This document shows positions 50,410 to 62,548 of a stretch of DNA of 64,000 nt, in pieces (positions within the stretch are counted from its first letter, which is position 1; every line of letters starts with the position of its first letter). The DNA comes from Glaucostegus cemiculus (lineage: Eukaryota): contig CDPCPM010000021.1 in NCBI GenBank assembly GCA_976551045.1, forward strand, positions 2,976,001 through 3,040,000. Reading direction: 5' to 3'. The position numbers and the translations under genes are program-made. The notes under the pieces are model-generated. The model worked only from the letters and a program-made list of their open reading frames with translations, was not told the DNA's origin and ran no database searches.

Positions 50410-50805
50410 AATTAGATGATTTGCGGGTTCAAGACCCATTCTTGAAGCTTGAACACAACGGGTCTATCATAGTGATAGAGTGCATGTTGCATTAACATAC
50501 TGCTATGTTTGGGAGGACGTTAAAATCAGGTACTAGTAGTAAAAGATCCCATAGTATTATTTAAAAGACAAGAGAGTTCGCGTTCGTTTCCTCTTCCCTA
50601 ATCCTTCTCACGTGCCCTGTCTAATATTTACATCTCAGACATCATCATGAGAAAGAGTTCCTGTCAGTATCATATTGCTGCTCGTGAGACGACGCTGTAC
50701 AAAAATTAGTTCCCCATTTCCCTACAAAATAACAGTGACAACATTTCAAACCTACTTCATTGGTTTAAAAATGCTATTTAAAATGCTTCTGGGGCTGTCA
50801 AAGGG
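50410..50805 (+). mobile_element. SacSINE1-like Deu-SINE, old
   Basis: gggttcaagacccat…gtaaaagatcccat…tttcctacaaaataacagtgac…tacttcattgg match the recalled consensus layout. Confidence 0.65.
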
Positions 50806-52052
50806 AGAAGGCTTTTAGTTCTAGGTTTTCGAGTTCCAAAAAGTTATGTTAGAATCATAGGCTCCAATTAAACAAAAATCTTATGTCTGCTACTTCCCTG
50901 ATTTTGCAAAGGCTCTTAAATCAACAAACTCTGCAACAGCTGCTTTAAGTGCAATTACTTTGCACACAAAGGGGCGGGACAACGTTTAACGGAACTTTCC
51001 GCAATTTTGAAGAATCAGTTAACCAGTCATTACATTGGACGCAAGCTTAGGGTTCCGAGATTCAGTAGGTCTATAAATGCATTAATATGTTCGCCTAATT
51101 TTCAGTATGTGAAGATTAGAAAATAAGGCAGCAATGTGGTTATTTTCGCAGGCCACTCAATTGCAAGTGAACATATTTACAAATCCAGAATGCACATTAT
51201 TTCTGTATTGAACTGTATTCTGCATATTATTTCTTCATCGCATTTGACAAATCGGTCAGAATTTATTTTTTGAAACATTGCCCGTAATACTAAACTGCTG
51301 GAAGGCAGCAAGTTCAGATAACCAAAGTCACATTATTGTGTAAATGAAGTAAACGAACAGTCCAATATCTTCAGAGGCGTTCATTTTGTTTTGTACAATT
51401 AGTCTTCTCGGGGTAGAAAGGGCAAGGATAAAGCTAATACTGGATTTCTGTTTGGAAGCATCTCCTTGATCTGGGCAGCATAAGGTGACCCAGATAAGAC
51501 AACACTGTAGACAGAACTCCCGCCGAATCCCAGTCTAAGAACAGCTGTCTCGTTAACTGCCTCCAAAGCGACACTCAGATAAATCTGGTAAAAATTCAAA
51601 CTCTTTATGGCCAAGCTACGACCTATATAGATTCAACCTGAACAATCGTTTTGATTCAAACTCTCGAAAGGGTTCAGAAGACTATTTTACAGTCCCCGGG
51701 ATACAAAATGACCCCTTTCTCTAATCTATTGTTGCCTCTCTCCATTGATCCGGCACGTTTCCATCCGCTTCTAGCTAAGATTTTAAATCAAATCTAATCC
51801 ACACGCAAAAACATTTCAAGAACATAGTCTTTGTACACCTGAAATTAACTTGTTTGGTCAATTGATGGTAATCAAGTGATCTGGTGAGCTTGAAAGAACG
51901 TTTTGTTTCACATTGTACGATATTGCAAAGAAATGATGAAAAGCTGGCCCGAAATTAGCATTTCATGTCTCATTAACCTGTATACACAAATTGTGGAAAG
52001 GTGATGCTGAATATTAGAAGTACAACAGTCGATATTACAGCGGGGAACTTAC

Positions 52053-52131
52053 TTTGGGTGACGACGAAGAGCAACAGGCGCAGGGAAAGGGTGGGCTTTG
52101 AGGCCACTCTTGAAGTGTTACACAAAGCCAT
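52053..52131 (-). CDS. CRB1: CRB1 coding exon 1 (signal peptide, MALCNTSRVASKPTLSLRLLLFVVTQ + phase-1 base)
   Basis: Minus strand reads aaaatcATGG (good Kozak), 26 codons with a hydrophobic LSLRLLLFVV core, then A|GTAAGT consensus donor. The 79 nt phase-1 exon joins exon 2 in frame (…TQ-S-SCFAAILNKC). It lies in a CpG-richer region and starts MAL like mammalian CRB1. Confidence 0.85.
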
Positions 52132-52625
52132 GATTTTGAAGAGAAACCATTCTGCAGCTCTGATATATGTGCGAGATTTTCTTTCCGTGCTGAGTATTTA
52201 CCACACCTGCGGACGCTGCAACGCTTCTAAGGCAAAGCACTTGCCAAGTGACATCTGCACGCAGTTCTTTCAGGAGCCAAGTGTTGTGGGGCTTTCATCC
52301 CAGAGGCGGCAATCACTACCTTCTCAGAGTTCACTCCAAGGGCTCGGGCGATTCTCCAAACCCGCTACAGATCTGAATGCTAATCGGATTGGAGTTCGCT
52401 CCGGCCAGCGCTGTCTTTTCATCTTCCATTGTCAAAGTATGGCCAGGAAAAGCTCCCTTATTTCTCCACAGCGCAACATTAATGCGACGGCACGTCAAAT
52501 GATATACGTATAACTTGTTGCTGTATCACATGAATCAGAAAACGTGTTACTCTTTAACCCCGAAAGAGCTAATGAATAAGATTGCTTTCTTGTTTCAAAC
52601 TTTTTATTGGCGGACGCGAATTCTC
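52132..52625 (-). promoter_or_regulatory. CRB1 (full-length isoform) 5' UTR / proximal promoter
   Basis: Unique, CpG-enriched sequence directly upstream of exon 1. CCAAT boxes on the minus strand near 52388-52392 and 52606-52610, and TAATCGGATTG (10/11 K50 dimer) at 52381-52391. TSS cannot be determined. Confidence 0.5.
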
Positions 52626-53505
52626 CACAGTCAGGTAAAAAAGTTTCTAAAATACATTAAAAAAGGAATATTATCAATATTTTGAAAACATCAAATAAAA
52701 ACTGAAAAATCTGTAAACTCTGAGTCAGGCGGCATCTGTGGAAAAGTTCAAAGGTCTTCAACCTGAAACGTTAACTCTTTCTCCTTCCATAGATGCTGCC
52801 TGGTTTGTTGAGTGCTTCCGGCTTTTTCAATTATATTTTTTTACAGATTTCCAGCATCTGCAGTTTTTATTTATCTTGTTTACCTTTTAAAACCCTTAGT
52901 TGATCTGGCGTGACTTTGGTATGAATTATCCAAAAGCTGTTCAGTAGATAGACTCTCATTGCCTCAGCAAACTAACCTATCATCGCTGGAAAAGGGGTAA
53001 TGCGGATTTTCCCACCACAATCAAAAATAAAGATATCATACTATTAGTATCAAAATAAAAGACAGTTGAGAGATTGGCGACCAATCTCAATTTTGATGTT
53101 TGGTCATTAGTCAAAGATTTAAAGTTGTTTCTGCAAATTACAGACAAAAAACATTCAATTTAGCTGAATCAAGTCACACTGAGAGACCATAACATCTGAT
53201 CAATGCAATCTCTTGAGTGATTTCCCAAAGTTTTGCCTTAACCTGATAGTTACTGTTAAAATGAAGCTCTTTGTTTGAAGAATTATTTCCTGAAAATAGT
53301 CCTAAAATGACCATTTGCCATTCTGAACGTGTGTCTCAGTTGTTAAAATGTCCTCAGTTAATCACTCTCGGATAACCACTATTTTCCACAATTATTTACG
53401 AAGTACAGTAGTTTACAAGTTTTGCATATGTTCTATGATGGTTTGCAGTAAATATAGAATGAGCGACAAGGTGTTACTAAATAGATTACTAAAAATTACA
53501 AAATA

Positions 53506-55215
53506 TAATGCCCTAAATGGGTACACCTTGAGTATCAAACAACACTTGAATTTTCGTTATTCTCTATTTTAGGAGCTTCACTCCCTTTTGCACTTACCAA
53601 ATTAAGTAAATATATGACTAACCCAATCAATAAGCATACATTACGAATATGGTTTCAATTTTGTAAATTCTTTGGATTGACTAAATTTGTTTTGTCAAGT
53701 CCTATACAATCTAATTTTTTTTCAACCATCTAGACTAGATACAGCTTTTTCCTTATGGAAAAGGAAGGGAATAGTATGCTTTCATGATCTATTCATTGGT
53801 AACTGTTTAGCATCTCCACGGCTGTTCCTCAAATTTCCTCTGTCGCCTGCCGGTGAGGTGAAGAGGCTTCCCTCGAGATCCAGCTGTCACCCCGGGCACA
53901 GTCAGAGGAAACTCGAGCCGTTTCTTCATCTGTTGCCTCACTGGGTTGAATTGTTGGAACACCCTTCCCAGCTGTGCGGTTGGAAACCTGTTCAGGAGCC
54001 CGAAGACCCCGCGGTCCAGCTTTTGAACAGCTAATAAATATAATTTACCTAGATCACATTTTTTTCGATATTTGCAGATTAGAAATTTTTTAAAAGCTGT
54101 TATACCCTCCTTTCCATTTATTATAAAGACGAAATCATTGATAAAATTTTAGGTTTTAATCCCCATCAGAAGGGCTCGACAGCAATAATTTATGATTTAA
54201 TTATGAAAATACGGTCAGATTCACTGGACAAAATTAAAAATGATTGGGAAAGTGAACTCCAGATTTCTATATCTATAGAGACTTGGAAGAAAATTCTTCA
54301 TTCAGATAATACATCCTCAATGTGTGACAGACACTCATTGATACAGTTTAAAGTTGTGCACAGGGCCTATATGTCCAAAGATAAGCTAGCTCGTTTTTAT
54401 GACCGTATAAAACCTATATGTGACAGATGTAAATCGAACGTGGCTTCTTTGTCGCATATGTTCTGGTCCCGTCCTTATTTGGAAAAATATTGGAAAGACA
54501 TTTTTAATATTATTTCAGATGTATTGAAGATCGATTTACAACCTCACCCTATTACTGCAATTTTTGGATTACCATGGATAAAGTCTGGCCATTTACCTGC
54601 TTCTGCTAACCGTATGATTGCTTTTGTTACATTAGTGGCCAAACGAAAACAAACCATTCTGCTTAAATGGAAGGATCCAATACCCCCTACCACCTTTCAA
54701 TGGTTCTCTCAAACTTTATCATGTCTTAATTTGGAAAAAATTAGGAGCGGTACTGTTGATTCTTTGCTTAAATTTGAAGCTATTTGGAGTCCATTTATTC
54801 AATACTTTCATATGATGTAGTTTCCCCTTCTATAACTTTTTTTTAAATTCAGAGAAAGGGAGCTGACAACATCATATTGTTCTATTTCTATTGAAAATTT
54901 TACCCCAGTTTTTTTTTCCATGTTTTTTTTAAAATTCATTTTTGGTTTAATTTACTCTATATTATTATGATTTTTTAAATTGATTTGGTTTTTTTTTTCT
55001 AATTATATAACAAATCTTTTTCTTTTCTATCTTTTACATTACACTTATGAACCGAGAGATTGTTGGAACTTTCTTTTATATATGTCATACTTTATTGCTT
55101 TTTTTATGATTACCTACGATTGTTACTTGATATTTCTATAATACATGTGTAAACATTGTTGTTATATATCTTAACCTGTATTGATTTGTTATCAATAAAA
55201 GATTGAAAAAGAAAA
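53506..55215 (+). mobile_element. L1/Tx1-type LINE, 5'-truncated, with poly(A) and 15-bp TSD
   Basis: ORF2 C-terminus (WESEL…IQFKVVHR…CDRCK…SHMFWS zinc knuckle), T-rich 3' UTR, AATAAA at ~55194, A tail, TSD AAAAATTACAAAATA at 53491-53505 and 55216-55230. Confidence 0.9.
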
Positions 55216-56339
55216 AAAAATTACAAAATAATTGTGCTACATATTTTGGTACTGATTCTTAAACATTCTTTCAAACAATGGCACTTCAATAGCATTGTGT
55301 GAATTATTGTCAAAATTTTAAGTGCAAGATTTCAATTGGATTGTAGAATGGAAAATTAGCTCCATGTAATGAGAGCATTTGAACAAGACCATATAATAAT
55401 TAAGTTGTTGAACATTACCTCGTTATATTTGGCCAAATGCTTGACAACAATGATATACACTGAATAACTCTCATCTATATAACAATTTTAAGTTCATTGA
55501 AAGAATATTACGGCAAGGGAAGTAATTTTGTAATATAGTCATTGTTGAAGAATGAAGAATTTCTTAATTGTATATGCATAATCTTTTACAAAAAGTTTCC
55601 TTTAAAATCTAAAATGTAAAGAAAATGTGGAGAAATATGAGCATCTGCAGAATATTGCAGTAGAATCTGTTAACATTTTACTATTTGACGAAGTAGCTTA
55701 TTAAACAGATGCAAGTTAACAACTGGATTCTTACCAAAATGTACATTGTTTCTGCGATGCTTAGTAGCCATAGAATCTGTTTGCTCTCCTTTGGCTTTGC
55801 ATATGTCACTCGAGATAATGCCTGGTATTATATCCGAACTGGCAGATGGCTCAGAAATTACCAACTCTTTAAATGCTTGTACGCTGGACTTCTTGCTGCT
55901 AGGAGCGATGAAAGCACTCCAGCAATTGAGGAAGAGTCCAACCCAGGTTTTATGTTCTGCCTTCCCCCCCCCCCACCCCTACCCCCACCTTGAATAATCA
56001 ATGACACAACCAGCAGACCTTTTAAAGTGTGAGTTATTCAAAAGGTTTTGCATGGGGAATATTTTAATATTAGCAATTTTTCATTATATGTCGGGAAAAC
56101 CAGGCTGCTGAAGAGAGAACCTCAAAAAAAAAGTTCTACACCTCACCAATCTTTGAAAGCAATAGAGCAACTGATTAACCTTATGACAATATCAATGGGT
56201 GACAGACATAAAGGAAGAATTAGCATTGGTACTGAGATTTCTGGCTAGGAAGTGCAGCAATGCAAGGAAATTGGACCACATTTCTGTTGTTCTTCAATGA
56301 GACAAAGAGCTTCACAAATTGACCAGAAGAAGAAATCAG

Positions 56340-57330
56340 TCACCTCAGTGGAGTACTACATGCATTTCTTGTCACTGTACAATAGGAAAGATGTAATGAG
56401 CTGGAGAAGGTGCAGAGGAGATCCAGTAAGATGTTGCCTGGGTTGGAGCATTTCCATTTTGAGGAGAGATTGGTGAAGCTGGGTCTGTTCTCCCCGGAGT
56501 GGAGAAGGTTAAGAGGGAACATGGTTGAGGTATACAAAATTATGAGAGGTGTTGATAGGGTAGACTGCAGGAGCTCTTCCCCACATCAGAGGTAGATAAA
56601 ACTAGAGGACATTGACTTATGCTAAGGGGGAAGAGATCTGGAGGGGATCTGATGAGGAAGTGAAGGGTTAAAAACTGTAACCATACCTATAGCTGATAGA
56701 AAAAATACCTCAGCAAGCAGGAGCATGCAAGCTGCGGACTCAGTGGATGAGGTGTTAATTATTATGTCCGGAACCTTGGTTTCATTCCCGTTATGCTAGA
56801 CAATAGGGGTACTGGGTGCAATAAACAATGAGTGGGAAGCTTCAATAAGGGGTGATAACTGTCTTTGAATTTCTTGATTATAACTCAATTATGCTGGAAA
56901 ATAGGTGCGATATCTGTCTCAGGATCTCTGTGGCTTGACGGAAACTCATGGCACCGCATGCATTAAATGGGAGTGACAATATCTGTATAAATTTCTGTCT
57001 GCTCCTTTGTACAGGGAGACCTCGGGAAGCGACTCTTAACAAGTGCTGAGGAGACCTCTCCTTAGTGGTGCACTGCTAATAAACACGTTTTATCGAATCA
57101 ACCTCGTGGCACTGTGTTACTTTACAGCAGACGGAAGTGAGAACTTAATTTCGAGATTACACTGAGGGGGAACTTTTTCACCCAGAAGGTGGTGAGTAGC
57201 TGGAATACACTGTCTGAGAGTTTTGGAAAAAGTCACTGACAGCATTTGAGAAAGATCTAAAGGAGCACTTGAATCATTTAGGCGTAGAAGGCAATTGGCT
57301 GAGTGCAAAAAGTGGGGATTGGTATGGGTG
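56340..57330 (+). mobile_element. CR1 3' fragment interrupted by a solo LTR
   Basis: ORF MLPGLEHFHFEERLVKLGLFSPEWRRLRGNMVEVYK; the CR1 resumes at 57162 (ctgagggggaactttttcacccaga). Confidence 0.85.
56653..57161 (+). mobile_element. Solo LTR (ERV or Gypsy type), 509 bp
   Basis: TG…CA ends, 4-bp TSD CTGA (56649-56652, 57162-57165), TATAAA 56986-56991, AATAAA 57078-57083. Confidence 0.85.
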
Positions 57331-57349
57331 GCGCAGATATAAATAAAAT

Positions 57350-57625
57350 TTTATTTATTAGTCACATGCACATCGAAACACATAGTGAAATACATCTTTT
57401 CATATAGAGTCTTCTGGGGGCGGCCTGCAAACGTTGCCACGCTTCCAGTGCCAACATCACGTGCCCACAACTTCCTAATCTGTATGCCTTTGGAATGTGG
57501 GAGGAGACCAGAGTACCCAGAGGAAACCCACGCAGACACAGGGACAACATACAAACTCCTTACAGACAGCAGCTGGAATTGAACCTGAGTCACTGGTGCT
57601 GTAAAGTTTTACACTAACACTAACT
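57350..57625 (-). mobile_element. V-SINE
   Basis: Reverse complement has B box (caggttcaattcc), V-domain and the tail type of 48715-48897. Confidence 0.8.
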
Positions 57626-58299
57626 TAACCCGTGCCTGGGCTGAATGGCATGTTTCCATGGTGTATGAAACTATATATCCATGCTCAACAAATTGGCTAA
57701 GAATGGAAATAATTTGGTATCCAAATTGGAAAAAAAAACAGCAGTAAAAAGGAATTCTGAGGTCTGCTAGTCTATGTCTGCAGACAATGAGAGTGAAAGT
57801 AAAAAGCAAAGAGACTGCAGATATTGGAAAAATAAAATAGCAACAGAAAATGCTGGAAATACTCAGGAGGTCAGGCAGCACCTGTGAAGAGAGAAACAGA
57901 GGTAACATTTCAGATTGATAACTTTTCAGAAGAACAAGGAGATATTTGAAATCAAAGTTCATCCTAAAATGAAACTGGATTGTTAAGACGGGTACTGGAG
58001 CCTATAGCTCATTCCTTCATTGTACCTAACTCAAGTCAGCAACATTTGATAAATATCTATGGTCCCTGTAGCTCAAAATCACTGAGTAACCTGCTATAAT
58101 ACCTTGGGTGAACAAGAATCGATTTAATTAGCAACAGGTAACTCATTAAGAAAATCACAATCAATGAATTGATTTTTTGTGTGCAATAATGCTGTATGAT
58201 TCTAATTATTTCTTCACAATATTTCTAAAGATGCTACCTGATCTGTTGAATATTTCCAGCACTTGCTGTCATATGATAGATATATATCAACAGGGAAAT

Positions 58300-58830
58300 A
58301 GAAAGAAAGAAATCAAAAAATCCCCATAATCTGAAATATAAACAGAATATGCTAGAAATGCTCAGCAGGTTTGGCAGCATCTGTGGAAAAAGAAACAATT
58401 AATGTTTCAGGAGCAAGATCCTTTATCAAAATGGGGAAAGAGAGAAAACATTAGTTTTCAGTAGGAGAGGTGGGAGGGGGATGGGTAGAACAAAGGGACT
58501 ATCTCTGATATGGTGAGGCCAAATGAGTTACTGTAACATTTAGGATCAGATTATGCTTCGTCTCTGTAATATGCTGCTAATAGCAAGGCTGTGGGATATG
58601 TCTTGTAGGTCAGAATATACTTACAGAAGAAAAACTGAGCCAAATGTTGACAGGGAGAAATGGCTAGCTTTTGTATAGATAGAAAGAAAGAGTGAGTTAC
58701 CTGCAGTTGAAAGATTTGATAATGAGTCCAGAGGACTGCAAAATGCCCACAGAAAAGCTGAGGTTTTGTTCGTTAACTTATTGTAAAGGTGCAGGAGGCC
58801 AAAATTAGTCCACTGCAAGTGTGATGTGGA
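58300..58830 (-). mobile_element. Old Penelope-like 3' end
   Basis: Same layout as 34412-35075 (cagaatatgctagaaatgctcagcagg head; ttgataatgagtccagaggactgcaa GIY-YIG end), heavily diverged. Confidence 0.55.
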
Positions 58831-61382
58831 CAAGCAGAATCATTAGCTGAATTTTGTGAACTCATACCAGTTGTTCCTTAAAAACAGAAAATGCTGAAAA
58901 CATTCAGTTGGTCAGGCAGTATCTGTGAAAAGTGAAACAGACTTAATGTTTCAGGCTGAAGATCCTTTCTCAGAACCCTTATTTGACCTGAAATGTTAAC
59001 TCTGTTTCTCTCTCCACAAATGTTGACTGACCCGCTGGGTGTTTACAGCATTTTCTGTTTTCATTTCAGATTTCCAGCATCTGTAATTTTCTGATTTTCC
59101 TTCATGAGGATTTTCTTAATGATCAACTTCAATCAATCACTTTTAGAGTAGAGAGTTACATTAGATATTAACAAAATTCCATCAAAGACCAGCTGGGAAT
59201 GTATGAGGGATCAATCTGCTGAAGCTGTAATGAATATATGGGTGCCAAAATAGGAGTACCAAATCAGGAATGCCCAAGTGTGTTGAAACACATGAGACTA
59301 GCAGGATAGCCAAAACAGGAGTGCTGATACAGCACTTCCCAAAACAGTTATATTCAGTCAAGGGTGCTGAAATATGACAGTCAAAACAGGAGTTCCACAA
59401 CAAGACAGCCCTAAAAGGAGTGTTCAAAATGTATCGGCAAATGGCATTATCCAGAAGACTGTCCTACAGGCTTGCTGAAATGTGAGTATAGGAATGTGTA
59501 CACACAGAACAGAAACGGGTGCTGAAATTGGATCACTCAAAAAGCAGTGTCCACACAGAACAGAAACAAGAACATCTAAACAGAAGTATCCAATCAACAG
59601 TGCTGAAACAGGAGAGCAGAAACTGAAGGACTGCAGAATCTAGAGTACCTAAAGTGTTTTGGTTTTGTTCATTGGTGGTTGTTAATACTCATGATCTTGG
59701 ATCTCCGATGTTATCCAAGCATTATGGTACAAAATCCCATTGGCATAGCTTGAATCAACATTTGTCTGAAATAAAAGAAACTTGCTGAAATGCAGACACA
59801 GAAGTCATTTTAAATGTAATACCATGGGGAGTGAAAGACAAATATTGAGTTCAGTGATGTTGTACACAGAGAAGGCATGAAGACGTGAACTTCTGTAAAT
59901 AGTTTATCAAAGAAAGCGCACGGAAATCCTATCCACCGATCCCCTTGCAAAACACTTTTCTGTGGGAATCTTTATTTCATGTGATCCAGAAGCTTTTTGG
60001 ATTAATTCTCCCTGTAAATGAAGTTAATATTCCTGCTGCTTGTTATATGGCATTTGCCTCTATTTAGATTACTCTAAAACTCAAATTTTAGACCTTATCC
60101 ACTAAATGAAACCATATATCTATTAATGTTTTAACAAGTGTTAAAAAAGAAATTTGAACATCACTTGACAAAGGCAAAGACAATGGCTGCAGCCTACTGG
60201 TCAGTAGGTATGTCCTGATAGTGCAATGGAGAGATGCAGTACTGAGATGTTGATTAATTCTTGTAAAATCCTACATCTCTAAATCTGAAACATTTCTACA
60301 TCTCAATATCCTGCTGTGAGGAAAAAAATTCAAAAGACTGATGTAAGAAGGGATAACCTTACACAGCAAATCAAACTACAACATATTGTAGTAGCTCATC
60401 ATATGCTTCAGTTACCTAAAAACCTAAATTAATGTAACATGCTACTGTACTGTTATTACGATTTTCATTATAATAATACTAGCTACAATTAAAAGGCAGT
60501 TTCAGTTCTGCACATCTGATCATTGTGTTGACTTGTTAATCAGATCATTTATTGCCAGGTGAAGCAAAATGCAGTGTCATTTTATTAAAATTATTCAAAT
60601 ATTATATAAAATATTATATTCATTTAATATATTTCAAGTGACAGCTATTAGTGGAATAATATACCAATTCTGAAACAGCCATGATTTGTATTACCAATGT
60701 TATTTACTTAAGATTGTAACAATCCCCATATCCCCTAAAATCAGGAAACAAACTATACTTGAAATAGTGTTGATAGTATAAAATAATAATGTATATTTTA
60801 TGAGATTAGAAATGACTGCAGTATCAAAGTTATTTAATCTGTACATTTTAATAATATTAAATCAGGTCACTTATAGTCTTGTTTCACTGTTTCATACATA
60901 TTGGTAAAGAACCTTGATCTTTGCAAATAAATATGCATTAGGTGGAACCATTTGACTGACAATTTGTATGACCACTTGAGTTTTTTCAGCTGGATAGTGC
61001 AAGGTCAGAACCTACTAAAAATCTCCATATCGTCTGCAGTGAGATGTACACAACCAGCAAAGGATCACTGTTCTCAAAATAGGATGAACCTCCACAATGC
61101 ACATTGCTTCCTCTTTATGGTTGAAGGATAACGGCTGAGAAGAAAATAATATTGTTAAGTTGCACTTATTTTTCATGTAAAGATCATGATTCCAGTGTTT
61201 AAAGTTGTGACACACATTAATATAGGCTAAAAAGATTCAATTGTAATACCGTCAGGCAGAATAATCAAATAATTGAAAACCTTAAATTAAAAAATCACCT
61301 CCTGAAGCCCAATTAATTTGATAAATTATGCAGTGTTATAGTGATTGGCTATTAGTGATCAGGTTTTCTATTTATATCAAGC

Positions 61383-61960
61383 AAAGCCGGGAGGTATTGC
61401 TTCAGTTATATAGGTCCCTGGTCAGACCCCACTTGGAGTATTGTGCCCAGTTCTGGTCGCCTCACTACAGGAAAGATGTGGAAGCCATTGAGAGGGTGCA
61501 GAGGAGGTTTACGAGGATGCTGCCTGGAATGCGGAGCATGCCTTATGAGAGCAGGTTGTGGGAACTCAACCTTTTCCCCTTGGAGAGGAGGATGAGGGGG
61601 GACCTGATAGAGGTATATAAGATGCTGAGAGGTATTGATTGGGTAGATAGTCAGAGGCTTTTCCCCAGGGCTGAAATGGTGGCCACAAGAGGATATAGGT
61701 TTAAGGTGTTGGGGAGTAGATATAGAGGAGATGTCGGGAAAGTTTTTTACTCAGAGTGGTGAGGGTGTGGAATGGGCTGCCGGAAGCAGTGGTGGAGGCG
61801 GATACGATGGGGTCTTTCAAAAGACTGTTAGATAGGTACATGGAGCTAAGTAAGATAGAGGGCTATAGGAATGCCCAGTAATTTCTAGTGTAGGGACATG
61901 TTCGGCACAGCTTTGTGGGCCAAAGGGCCTGAATTGTGCTGTGGTTTTTCTATGTTTCTA
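61383..61960 (+). mobile_element. CR1 LINE, 5'-truncated, young
   Basis: ORF SREVLLQLYRSLVRPHLEYCAQFWSPHYRKD…; highly similar to 1032-1578. Confidence 0.9.
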
Positions 61961-62096
61961 AACGTATTCCCCAAAGTTAATAAATTTTGGGATTACCATA
62001 TTACATGCTCTCTGACCTCTGACATTCATTTCACCCTACCCAGCTTGATAGTATGTTGAGAATTTTTTTTAATGGAATACACACAGAGAAATAAAT

Positions 62097-62548
62097 AAAC
62101 GTATGATGAGCATCTGTCAGCACTTGGACTGTACTCGCTGGAGTACAGAAGAATGAGAGGGGACTTGATAGAAACATTCAAAATGTTGAAAGAACTGGAC
62201 AGAGTAGATGTGGCCAAGCTGTTTCCCTTGGTGGGGGAGTCCAGGACCAGAGGGAAAAAACTTAGAATTAGAGGGTACAGATTTAAAACAAAGATGATGA
62301 GAAATTTCTTTAGCCAGAGGGTGGTGAATTTATGGAATTCGTTGCCACAGAAAGCAGTGGGGGCCAGATCATTGGAGATATTCAAGAAGGAGATAGATAG
62401 ATATCTAATTGGTCAAGGTATCAAGGAATATGGAGATAAGGCTGGAATTTGGGGTTAGAATAAGTTTCTCCCCCACCCGCTTCCCTTTGGAGCAGACTCG
62501 ATGGGCTAAATGGCCTACTTCTGCTCCCTTGTCTTGTGATCTTGTGAT
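62097..62548 (+). mobile_element. CR1 LINE 3' fragment (different subfamily)
   Basis: ORF MRGDLIETFKMLK…FFSQRVVNLWNSLP; tail cttgtgatcttgtgat. Confidence 0.88.

Noticed and set aside
51399-51614. ORF 'MAIKSLNFYQIYLSV…' resembling the human CRB1 N-terminus
   Set aside because: It starts with TTG, not ATG, and I found no suitable phase-1 donor. 52053-52131 is a much better exon 1.
52001-52513. 170-aa plus-strand ORF antisense to exon 1
   Set aside because: No recognisable domain; a chance ORF in GC-richer promoter DNA.
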